Source: Eledone cirrhosa
Lineage: Eukaryota
Direction: 5' to 3'
DNA length: 64,000 bases
NCBI GenBank assembly: GCA_964016885.1
Contig: OZ024743.1
Location: forward strand, 257,610,001 to 257,674,000
The position numbers and the translations under genes are program-made. The notes under the pieces were generated by a model, which worked only from the letters and a program-made list of their open reading frames with translations, did not search any database and was not told the origin of the DNA. Shown piece after piece: positions 44,201-55,724 of this stretch (position 1 is the first letter of the stretch; each line of letters opens with the position of its first letter).

Positions 44201-44886
44201 CTAACAGGAGCTGATGGAATGGAAAATAACACATTTTTAGTTTTTACAACTGGCCATCGTTACAGACAGACATTTCTGACAATAAAATAAAGTACATTTT
44301 CTGTTGCTTTTTTTCCTCCTCTTTTTACTGGCTGCTGTCGAACATTAACAATAGATTAATGTTATTTTTGAATATTTGCCAATTGACATATATCATAACT
44401 CTTTATAGGCAGCCAGCAACACCAACACTTGGAAAAGATTTTACCCCGTTTTCAGTTTTATCGGAAGCTCTTGTAACTAACTCCGTAAAATAACTAAATA
44501 AATAAAATACAACAGCAGCAGCAGCAACATGAACCTAAATTTTCTTGTCTCAGTTATTAATGTCTGAGGTGACAAGGGAGTATTGATTGAAACATAAACT
44601 CCATATTGCGAAACATAGCTGCATGTTGACTCATTACTTGTCTTGCCCACTCTCTCAAAACTTGAACATTTAGTTCGTTTGTTTGTTTTTGTCCTGCCAT
44701 GACATTTTTGCCTGTTTGTCTATCCATCCATCTGTCTGACCTGTAAATTCATAGTGTTTCTTATTTTCATTTTTATTGTAAACATTTTCTTATTTTTACA
44801 ATAAAATTTTCAATTAATTCTCTTCAAATGTTATGAATATTTGTTTTCTTGTGGAGAACTTTTTCACTTGTAACACACACACACGA

Positions 44887-44933
<47 letters not shown>

Positions 44934-45084
44934 CATGTTTATCCTGGGTTCAATCAGAGGTAACCACAGTAAGTAAGGTACTCAATACATAGCTTTCCTG
45001 ATAATTTTTACCCCAAATGAAATAGTTCTAGTCCTGTAGAAGCCATTTCTATATTAAATATATATATATGTATATATATTTACA

Positions 45085-45572
45085 CTCTTAACATAGTGGA
45101 TTCCTAAATGTATTCATGAGTGAATAACAATAATATTATAATAATATTATTAATATTTGGTCTGTTTGCAAGTAAACAGCCTCATTAACACCATGTGTGT
45201 TTTCTAGATGACCAATGTCATACTTTTGCTCAAGTGGAAGCTGAGAGAAAACAGTCGATAATTGTTTTGGTGTTTTTGCTCCTTATTGAGACTGTATTCT
45301 AGTTAATGCTACCCACTGGAACTGCTGAGAATACATAGTATTCTCAAATGTATAGATCAGCTAATTAGCCTAATTCGCATACTGAGCGATTTTATAGACA
45401 GCTTTGCCAAAAATTAAAAAAACAAAATTTGTTTTCGCTCTTAACATAGTGGATACCTAAATGTATTCATGAGTGAATAACAATATTATTATTAATATTC
45501 AGTTAGTTTGCAAGCAAACAGCCTCATTAACATCATGTGTATTTTCTAGATGATCAACATCATTCTTTTGTT
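45085..45572 (-). repeat. Diverged direct repeat, ~353 nt period, with decayed HHR-like cores
   Basis: 45085-45228 similar to 45438-45572; minus strand TTAATGA-GGCTGTTT..AAACAGAC-CAAA. Confidence 0.6.
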
Positions 45573-46044
45573 GCAACTCCAAAACAATTATCTCTTGTTA
45601 ATATTATATATATTTATATATATCTCAATTGTTTTTTAGTTTTATAATAAATGCTCGAATTTATTCCTTAGGATCTTTCTTGGAACTTCTGCTACAGGTG
45701 GTATGGCACATGCCTGAAATTTTCTCAGACATGGCATCTTTATTTTTGTTAGTAATATAAATATGCTCCTAAATATCATTTAAGTAAAGCTTTATACTGT
45801 TGAAAGGTTTTGGCTGTTATTTCAAGCTGTCAATATACCTATTGTCACCAGGACAATGCTAAGACAGTGGGGTTTTTCTAACTCTATGTGCATGTTGCCT
45901 GATATGTCTTAACAGTGTAAGTTCATATGGTTCGATTTTCTTTTTCTTCAATGATCCAAAATTGACCATATTGAATTTCACGATTTAATGTTGAAACATA
46001 TTTCTAAAGCATTAATGAAATATGTATGACTGTATAAAAAATTT

Positions 46045-46225
46045 ATTGTTTCTACTTTTGGCACAAGGTCAGCAATTATCCCAGTGCATTACTGGTACTT
46101 TATATTATCGACTCCATAAGGATGAAAGGTAAAGTTAACCTTGGTGGGATTTGAACTCAGACTGTAAAGGGCCGTAACTCAAAGCATGGCGTCTGACCCT
46201 CTAGTGAGAATGCCACTCCACCGTC
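46045..46225 (-). mobile_element. SINE, second family
   Basis: Homologous to 20810-20985; TSD-like TGTAT(A/G)AAAAATT flanks. Confidence 0.82.
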
Positions 46226-46723
46226 TTGTATGAAAAATTAATGCCAGGTATCTATATTTGAAGTTTCTGTTAAATTTAAATATGCTGCCTTTTATAATTA
46301 TATGTTCTTACATTCTTTGCAAATTATCTCCTGTTAATATTTGATGTATTTATATCATCCACATACATACATTACATATACACTGCATCGGATTCTTTTT
46401 ATGCACAGTTTTTCTCCCAGCTCTTTTAACTTACATCTTTCACACACACTAATATTACAGATCTACTCCTCAAAACTTAAACTGTTTTATTCTGCTATTC
46501 TTTTTACTGATTTCAGTTATTATACTGAGGCCATGCTGGGACACTATTCTTTTACTGGTTTTAGTCATTAGACTGAGGCCATGGTGTAGCATTGTCTTGG
46601 TTTGTCAATTATATCGAACCTAGTATGTATTTTTTCAAGGCTGGTGTTTATTTTATAAATCATTGTTTTTTTTTTATCAAATCAGTAACTTACAGAACAC
46701 AGACACACACACACATAAAACAG

Positions 46724-46755
<32 letters not shown>

Positions 46756-46789
46756 CTATTAAGGAATTGATTGAAGTTGCATTTGCATG

Positions 46790-47382
46790 ATGCTAACACA
46801 AGCCAATTTATCTCAACAATATTAATACTCAAAACATAATAGCTAGTATAAGGACATGGTGGAAGAAGTTTGGGGAAATACTACCTTGGTTGACAACAAA
46901 CGGTGTTCCTTTTGAACAAAAGGTCAACTGTATGATGCCTGTGTGTGAAGTGTCATACTTCACGGGCAGTGAACATGGAGGACAGGCAATGGCAGGAGAG
47001 AAATAAAGCAAGCACACTTTGGTGGATGCGCAATGTTAATATGTAAGAACAACAAAGTATGGACGAAGAGAGAAACTTGAGAGAGAAACTTGGTATTGGA
47101 GGAATTAGATGTGGTGTGCTGGAGAGGAGGCTGTGTTGGTATGGATATATGACACACATAGATGATGATCGCTCGGCGAAGAAGTGCAAAGCAATCACTG
47201 GAAGCTGTAGTAGAGAAAAACCAAGGAAGGCTGAGATGGGAAGGCTGAGAGCTAATCTCAAATTGCTGAAGATCCTAGTGGAGATGACAAAAGAATGCAG
47301 CATGTGGAGAAATGCTGTACTGAGGGACACCCATGCAAGTGTAGAACAGCAGACATAAAATGATGATGATAATGATGAAGGA
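46790..47382 (+). mobile_element. Old RTE 3' fragment with (ATG)n tail
   Basis: LREKLGIGGIRCGVLERRLCWYG; tail CCCATGCAAGTGTAGAA..GACATAAAATGATGATG. Confidence 0.75.
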
Positions 47383-47822
47383 TACATGAAAAAGATTCAT
47401 TGATTCAAAGTAGCAATTCATTATTTGACTGAGAAAAACTGCAAAAGAATAATATAAACAACATTGGAACTTCATACTGAAGTCAAGAACAACAAATATC
47501 CAGGAAAACCAATCTCTCTATATATATACTTTGATCTTAGCCAAAAGGTTATATGTATAACCCATACAAGTGTAAAAAAACGGATGTAATGATGATGATG
47601 ATGATATATGCCAAAAGTCAATGAGGAAAAACAACACCAGTGCACAATACAGTATAATGATGATATATATTACCTTAATAATTGATATAGTAGGAAAAGA
47701 GTCAATGTTTCAGATGTTAGTCTTTCACAAGAAGAGAGAATTAGAAACAAAAGAAGAATAGAAAGAATTTTTTTTTTCACAATAGTAAATCATGTATGGG
47801 TTTAGTCAGTCATTATATACTT

Positions 47823-47902
<80 letters not shown>

Positions 47903-48115
47903 TTAATTAATTAATTATACTATTTATGGTTATGTAAATACAAAAACCTTATGCAGTTATATGTATTTTTTATACAAACCCTAAATAGTGGTAGGCAGTA
48001 ATGTATTACTACCTTATTACCAGTAAGTTAAGTAGCTCAATGTAAAAACATCAGATGATTTACAGAGCAGTTATATGAAATATAAGAATCAAAGAACTGT
48101 TCAAAACATTATTGT

Positions 48116-48160
48116 GCTTACAGCTGTTTCCTCCAAACCGAGGTTTGGATTCTTCGGAGC
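48116..48160 (-). ncRNA. Hammerhead variant with CCGAAGA core, left arm
   Basis: GCT-CCGAAGA-aTCCAAACC tc GGTTTGGAg-GAAA-CAGCTG-TA-AGC; palindromic ACAGCTGT stem III. Confidence 0.72.
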
Positions 48161-48966
48161 AATTTATTAATGAATGGACAGTTATATGACCTCCTTTTCA
48201 GCCAAGAGACATACCGATACATATGCAAATATTGTGGGGCAACATTCATTACAGAATTTAGAGTGGCAGTACACACTTCGAGATTACATTCATATTAAAA
48301 GGTACAATCAAAAATCAAAAATACAGGTTAAAATACAACATGAAGATAAGCGGTTATATAGTGCAAATGCTATATGTGTGGCAAGCACGTGCGTCTTGTT
48401 TATATAGTGTGGCAGAGAGATACGTGTAGTAGAGGCACTTAGGTAGGTAAACAAGAGTGTTAGGTTGGTTGATCTGGTGGCAAATTCTTTATATGATTGA
48501 TATAGTCTGTGTGTGGAGAAATGATATAAGCATTAAAAATAGTGCAAGCATTAAAAGTATTGGAGATGCACAGCGAAGGGATGACAAGTACTTCATGTAC
48601 TTCGACATTTTCATGGTCAGGGGAGTGTATTTTTCGATTATATGCCAGTCACATAATCGACGACAATTCGATATTGAGCGTTTGACAATCCAGTTAGAGA
48701 ATCGTAGTCCGATGTTCTTTAGTTCAATACAGGAGGCTGTTACGTTTCGAGAAACGACATTGAATACCACCCGGAAGTGTGTGTGTGGCTAAGGGGAGTT
48801 AATACATGAGGGGAGCTGACTCCGGGGTTTCTATACCTAGCTATTGAAATGTGTCTCAAAATAGACCCTAATTTCTATGGTTATGCGCAACTTCCAAAAA
48901 ATGTTTAAAGCATAAAGTGTTTTAACTATAGAGTAGTTTAATTAAGTTGTGCTGAAGGTGTTCGTA

Positions 48967-49346
48967 TTAGTATTGTGAGTTTTTGCTAAATATGTTTGCG
49001 TCATAGGACAGACTAGAGATTCTATTGGACACCCCCTTAGAGATAGAGTTTAATATTGATCTAGGGTGATTAGACTTGGTATCTACGTAAATGAGTTTTT
49101 CGTTAGGCTTATGGAAAGGTGTATATATTTTTGAGTCTAGGTATAGTGTGGCGTCTAGGAAGTTAACATTTTTAGTGTTTTTGTCCATGGTGATACTAAG
49201 GTTAAAGTTTTTGAATGTCTTATGCAATTGTTTTCTAGTTCTTTCTATATTAAATTTTTTATATTCTATAAGTAAAAGTGCATCATCGCGGTACAAACCA
49301 CCGTTGAGGTAAGGGAGGTCCTTATGGATTTCATTGAGAAGGTATA
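48967..49346 (-). pseudogene. PLE reverse transcriptase fragment (YRDD)
   Basis: GGLYRDDAL...VNFLDATL...PFHKPNEKLIYVDTKSNHP...RISSLS, typical of the Naiad RT palm/thumb. Confidence 0.88.
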
Positions 49347-49349
49347 AGA

Positions 49350-49877
49350 AATAACACCGGGGTTGACAACCCGAATGTCCAAAATCCTATAGCTACCACC
49401 CAGACTTCTGCACTGCATTATAACCAGCAGACTAACAGACAGGATAATTGTAACTGTAGAGCTAATAGAACCTGCCCTTTAGATAAACAATGCCTAACCA
49501 AGGATATCATATACTCATGCACCGTCACAACTAGCAACTCTTCAGAAACCTATGTAGGCTCCACTTCTAACTGCTTCAAAATAAGATATAATTCGCACAT
49601 CCACTCGTTCAAAAAGCACAGCCTAGCCAACTCCACCTCACTTTCTAGCTACATACACTATCTAAAAACTAAAAATAAACCATACACACTCAAATGGGAA
49701 GTGATAGGCAGCGCGACCTCGTACAAACCACCTAATAAATTTTGTAACCTCTGTATACTAGAGACCCACAATATTATCTTCTCCAACCGTAACCTACTTA
49801 ACAAAAAATCTGAGGTGTCTGCAACTTGCCAGCACCGCTTCAGACATCCCTTCCAAAACTTTAAGCCCAATATATAG
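49350..49877 (+). CDS. PLE GIY-YIG endonuclease, open frame without ATG (absent from the ORF track)
   Basis: CNCRANRTCPLDKQCLTKDIIYSCTV...YVGSTSNCFKIRYNSH..SF...STSLSSYIH.LK...KWEVI...CNLCILE...LLNKKSEV..TCQH*. Confidence 0.9.
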   Translation, partial: NNTGVDNPNVQNPIATTQTSALHYNQQTNRQDNCNCRANRTCPLDKQCLTKDIIYSCTVTTSNSSETYVGSTSNCFKIRYNSHIHSFKKHSLANSTSLSSYIHYLKTKNKPYTLKWEVIGSATSYKPPNKFCNLCILETHNIIFSNRNLLNKKSEVSATCQHRFRHPFQNFKPNI

Positions 49878-51317
49878 CAATGTCGGACTTGAACCAAACA
49901 CCACATCTAGCATCAAACACCAGGGGCACACCTTATACCACATACCCAAACACTAACTGATCTAATATAACACAAACAACGACATCCCTCTGGAACCCTT
50001 CGCAGGGAGAATACCCATTTATACCTCTACGTCAGGTTTGACAACATCCACCCACTTGAACTGCACTACACCGCTCTATAGGTAATTTGAACATGATTTG
50101 ATTGGTTTGGTAGTGTTGTGCGGAGGAAGTGCCTTCCTTAGACAGATGTAAAACGATTTAATCTAGTAACGCTGTTGAGCAGTATGACCGGTACGCTGAG
50201 CGCAGAGACTGAATGTATTGCAACTGGCGTGCGGGTTGTACATATATGGATGATTTGGCGGTCAGAGAGGGGTCGTGAAGACTGAGGATTGACCTCTGGC
50301 CGGACCTGGTGATGATTATCTTTCGACATCCAATGTAGCAAGCGATGACCCAGAACGTACCAGAGATCATTGTGTCTTGAAGTGATTCTGCAATCACCGC
50401 GCCTGGTCCTATGAGTAGACTACAACCACAGAGATCATTAATTTAGAATCCTCGCTCATCGTCTATAATATTCATTTGTGGCACCCTACGATGGGAGTTA
50501 ATTCACCATAATAATACGAATACCTTCAGCACAACTTAATTAAACTACTCTATAGTTAAAACACTTTATGCTTTAAAAATTCTTTGGAAGTTGCGCATAA
50601 CCATAGAAATTAGGGTCTATTTTGAGACACATTTCAATAGCTAGGTATAGAAACCCCGGAGTTAGCTCCCCTCATGCATTAACTCCCCTTAGCCACACAC
50701 ACACTTCTGGGTGGTATTCAATGTCGTTTCTCGAAACGTAACAGCCTCCTGTATTGAACTAAAGAACATCGGACTACGATTCTCTAACTGGATTGTCAAA
50801 CGCTCAATATCGAATTGTCGTCGATTATGTGAGGGGCATATAATCGAAAAATACACTCCCCTGACCATGAAAATGTCGAAGTACATGAAGTACTTGTCAT
50901 CCCTTCGCTGTGCATCTCCAATACTTTTAATGCTTGCACTATTTTTAATGCTTATATCATTTCTCCACACACAGACTATATCAATCTTATAAGGAATTTT
51001 CCACCAGATCAACCAACCTAACACTCTTGTTTACCTACCTAAGTGCCTCTACTACACGTATCTCTCTGCCACACTATATAAACAAGACGCACGTGCTTGC
51101 CACACATATAACATTTGCACTATATAACCGCTTATCTTCATGTATTTTAACCTGTATTTTTGATTTTTGATTGTACCTTTTAATATGAATGTAATCTCGA
51201 AGTGTGTACTGCCACTCTAAATTCTGTAATGAATGTTGCCCCACAATATTTGCATATGTATCGGTATGTCTCTTGGCTGAAAAGGAGGTCATATAACTGT
51301 CCGTTCATTAATAAATT

Positions 51318-51362
51318 GCTCCGAAGAATCCAAACCTCGGTTTGGAGGAAACAACTGTAAGC
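51318..51362 (+). ncRNA. Hammerhead variant with CCGAAGA core, right arm
   Basis: Same fold; stem III reads CAACTG. Confidence 0.68.
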
Positions 51363-53879
51363 ACAATAATGTTTTGAACAGTTCTTTGATTCTTATATTT
51401 CATATATATATATATATATATAAATAATTGAGAGAGAGAGAAATAGATGGATAGATATTTATAAGAGAATGAAAAGTGCTCAAACACAGAAAAATAACTG
51501 CAATTGAGTGTGTGTGTATGTATATATATACATATATATATATACAAGCAATAGGCTCCAACAATTTCTATCTACTGAATTCCACTCATACAGCACTGGT
51601 CAATCCAAGATTGTAATCAAAACATTTGACAAACGTGCTGTACAATGGAATTGAATCCAGAAACACATGGTTGTGAAATTAACTCCTTTACCATACAACT
51701 TTGCCAGCACCTTTAAAGAAATTATCTGGATTTAATCTAGTGCTTCTCTATATTAGAAGCAATTCATGATAAAAATAGTTTTGAGACTTTAGTGAGGATA
51801 GTTACTCTATCTTTGTCGACTGAACATTTTAGTTTTATGTTCGAGAGAAGAGATTATGATTAGATAAATACCGACAACAACAAATGGAATTGTTTGGCTT
51901 TCTTAATCAGATGTTTTATATTGTACTCAATATCATAAGACTGTAGATCACTATATTGTTTCATTCAACACATATATATTGTCTATGTAGGTGTGTGTCT
52001 TTCTCTATATATCATCATCATTTTCCTTCTATTTCCCATACTTGCATGGTATGCGTGTGTATCTATATGTGTTTATATATATATGTGTGTGTGTGGGTAG
52101 GGGTGTCAGGTTTAATTGTGGGAAACCACCGTAAGTAAGGTACTCAATACATTAGTAGAGTGTATAAAAAGAAAATAATATAGAAAGGCGTCTACAGGAC
52201 TAGAACTGTTTCATTTGAAGGAAATCATCAGATATATATACATCATATGTATATATATGAGCAAATTCACTATTTTATTAAAATTGTGCTTTGTACTGAT
52301 ATATTATATGTTCCTATAGTATATATGTAGAGTAGATAAGGTACCAGGTTTAAAATACCCAAGACACACTGTATCAGACAGCACCTTTACAGTTGAGTTA
52401 TAGATCCTTTACCACTTTTTTTTATATATTCTCATCATCGTTTAATGGCTGTATTTCTAGAAATAGAAACTGCAGATGATCCCTGATTTGTGGAGATAAT
52501 TAAATACAAGTATCACCAATGGAAGATCCTACTATCTATTGTATGGATTATAATTTATCTATTTAGTACCAGTTATATCTGAGAATGTGAGAAGTAAATC
52601 ATGAACTGTCATCCCTAATATTAGATCTAAATTTGACACAGCTATCAGTTGTTTAATTTAACAGTCTTTTAATCTCTGGGGGCGAATGGGGGAAAGGATG
52701 GTAGTAGCAGCTGTCCATTACCAGAACATAAATTGAAAGAAGGATTTCTTTGGAAGCTCTTAAAGAGTCTGTCATTCAACCAACTCCATCTTTCTAACGT
52801 AGTTTATTTTAATTTTATCTTTTTAAAAGTTTAATTTGTCTTATACTTGGAAAGTGTCTGGACAACCTTATTTAGTATGTTAGAAGCAGATGTTAATCTT
52901 TGCCTCATAAAAAATATATATTCTATATATATATATGTATAGATGGATAGATGTTTTCTCTCTTAGTTTTGAGTTTAATTTTGACTGGCCACCTTCCTGG
53001 TGGCAAGGTTGTAAAGGAAATTATCATCATCTCTTGTGTAAGCATGCATCTTTTAAATTGTAAAGAATATTTTACAAATTTTTAAGGTTCCAGATATCGT
53101 GGACATTTATAGCTTATGAATTAAGGAGTGATGTACTTTTTCCCCAAATCCTAGTTCAGTTATAGTTCAGGCAGGTTGGTATATAACCTGTAGTATGCAT
53201 ATATATATGCATGTATATACATATAACTGGCTATTGATTCTGCATGATTGGTGTGCATTCGGTCCATGATTCTGGTATAGACCACCCTATTTTTTAAAGC
53301 ATGTATCTAGGATTATATTATTCATTATATCTTTAAAAGAACAGATTGTTATTTGGCTGCTATTTTGAAGAGGTTCAGTGACTGTATAAAAAATCCAACC
53401 TCATATGTATATAAAGATGAACAGACAACATTATATAAAGTCAAACAGACGGACCATTATAGTGAAGGAAGATAAGACAAAGAATGAAAAGGGGTGAGAA
53501 AAAGAAGGAAAAAGGACAAAAATTAAAACTATAAAAAATTGTGAACAAACCTCATCCACACAAAAAAAAGTGGAGAGGAGAAATTAAAGGCTGCAAGACA
53601 AAAGCATCACAAACAAGTGTCACCACAAGTGCAACACAATCAACACCCACGCACCACAATAACAACAAAAGCAAACACAACACAGAAAAAAAACATTAAA
53701 ACTACATGGCCATAAACACAAAAAATACAGAACTAATGGAATACATAAAAACACACACAACCATTACACAAGCAGATTTTCCAACATCCACAATCCCCAT
53801 ACCTACACACATACAAATCATTCAGACAACACAAGGCACATATAATCATCTAAAAACTAAATTCCCAAAGGAAATCAGT

Positions 53880-54935
53880 TATTTCTGAGGGAACATGACC
53901 AGGCGTATGCTTGCTGATCAACTGGTGGAAACACTGCAAATCTACTGGAAGGATGGACAAACCGCCCTTCCACACAAAACCAAGTCTTACTTTTCTTCTT
54001 TTCCAAATAACATGCCCTTGCTAAGAATAGGCAGCATGAATGCATTTGGTCTTTGGTCACCTTGGAAGCAGAGTCACTTGCTTCAATGACCTTAGATCAC
54101 TGAACATAGCTGTAGTGGCCATCAGCAAGACAAGAATTTCCGAGCCACGAGAATTTGCTCCCATCTTTGAAGACTATGTTGTGTATACATCACCATGTCA
54201 TCCTGGAGTAGGAGGCAGATTTGCCATATTGTTTCAGAAGGGCCTGGATCTTGGATAATCTTCTTGGATCCAGAAGATAAGTTGGTTGGTGCTGGATGTG
54301 ATTAGCGGCGATGGAGATACTTTTAGGCTAGTTGCTGTCTATCCATCAACAGAGGCAGAGCAACCAGATTTCTTCAGGCATCTGAAAATGTTCAGGGAAC
54401 GCCCCACTCTTTAGTGTTAGAACGTAACTAGAATGGGATCTTAGATGCACACTGTTACTGTGTGGGTTTAGCAGACAGGGGATTAGTGTGCAAAGGCCTC
54501 AAAAACATAATCAGACAATTGCAACTGTCTGAGAGGTATCAACTGGATTCTCTAAATGTGCCAGAGTGGACATGGTCAAACCACATGAGATGATCCAGAA
54601 TGCATCTGGATAGGGTATTTTGTAGGGAAGTAAATGAGGATAACATGTGTTGTCTACAATTTAATGTAGTTGATCACAAAGAACACAAATTTGTGACAGG
54701 CACAGTCAACTTTTATAAGCTCCATAGGTAGGGACCTGGTGACTGGAAGCTAGACACGTCTATGCAAAGCTTAGACACTGGATTAGTGAATTAATTAAGC
54801 AGGTGTTGACAGGGCAATTGTCAACCACAAATGGTGGTCCACTTCGAAGGGGGTGATTAGAATGGAATCAATAAGGTTTAGTAAAGCTATAACAATAGAG
54901 AAAATTAGAGAGGAGGGAGAGCTAGTTAGAAAGGT
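53880..54935 (+). pseudogene. Decayed L1/Tx1-like endonuclease region
   Basis: LRIGSMNAFGL...DLRSLNIAVVAISKTRI, FRLVAVY, LDRVF, GPGDWKL motifs across frames. Confidence 0.65.
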
Positions 54936-55427
54936 AGACCTCTTTAGCGAATTCTCTATCAAGTTCTTCAAATTTCAATTTGAAGACGAAAATCAAGGTG
55001 GAGAGGGAAGTATTGCCTTCCACCCATTTTATTGAAAGGTGGATGAGAGTGGCAAGCATGGTCCAAGTGAAAGGGCCTGCCCTGAGTATACATCTGTAAA
55101 TGTGAGCTGAAGAACTAGTAGAGAGAACTTGCCCTAATGGTCAGAGCAACCGTAGTATTATGGGGCTTTTCCATGATTAGCATTTGAATGTCTCCTCCCT
55201 ATTGAGGAATACTTATTGTTACCTCCCACCTCACACGTATCCTTCCTACTGAGGAATAGTCATTGTAAACATTTTAATGTTACCTCCATTACTATATTAT
55301 ACCTGTTTACACACACACACACACACACACCATACAATTGTTTTGTCCTGTGTTGTCCTTAATGTTTTTCTTGATGGTTAACAATGAAATCTTTATTAAT
55401 ACTACCATCATTATTTATTATTATTTG

Positions 55428-55613
55428 CAGTGGATTGGCAGTATCGGTAGAGGGTCAGACGCCATGCTTTGGAGCATAGAGTTACGGCCCTTTATGGTCT
55501 GAGTTCAAATCCCACCAAGGTTAACTTTACCTTTAGTCCTTACTGGGTCGATAAAACAAAGTGCCAGTAATAAACTGGGATAATTACTGGCCTTGTGCCA
55601 AAAGTAGAAACAA
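55428..55613 (+). mobile_element. SINE, second family
   Basis: Reverse complement of 20810-20985; B box GAGTTCAAATCC. Confidence 0.85.
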
Positions 55614-55724
55614 TTATTTGTCCAGTGTCATTAATACGATCACTGTCTTTAGGTTTAATAATATTATTAAACCTATAGATACTGATCATATTAATGATGC
55701 TGGAAAAAATAATTTACCCTGCAT

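Larger units (their letters stand above)
48072..51406. mobile_element. Naiad-type Penelope-like element with ~900 bp inverted arms
   Basis: 48072-48969 is the reverse complement of 50512-51406; RT piece on -, GIY-YIG on +, HHR near each outer end. Confidence 0.92.

Noticed and set aside
47690-47740. HHR-like remnant on the minus strand (CTTGTGA..GAAACATTG)
   Set aside because: Core too mutated and no stem I
48174-48792. Duplicated 77-111 aa ORFs mirrored at 50689-51292
   Set aside because: Duplicated only because they lie in the inverted arms; no recognisable motifs
49350-49877. Selenoprotein-type Naiad (in-frame TGA at Cys positions)
   Set aside because: All Cys codons in the visible linker and endonuclease are TGT/TGC; no in-frame TGA
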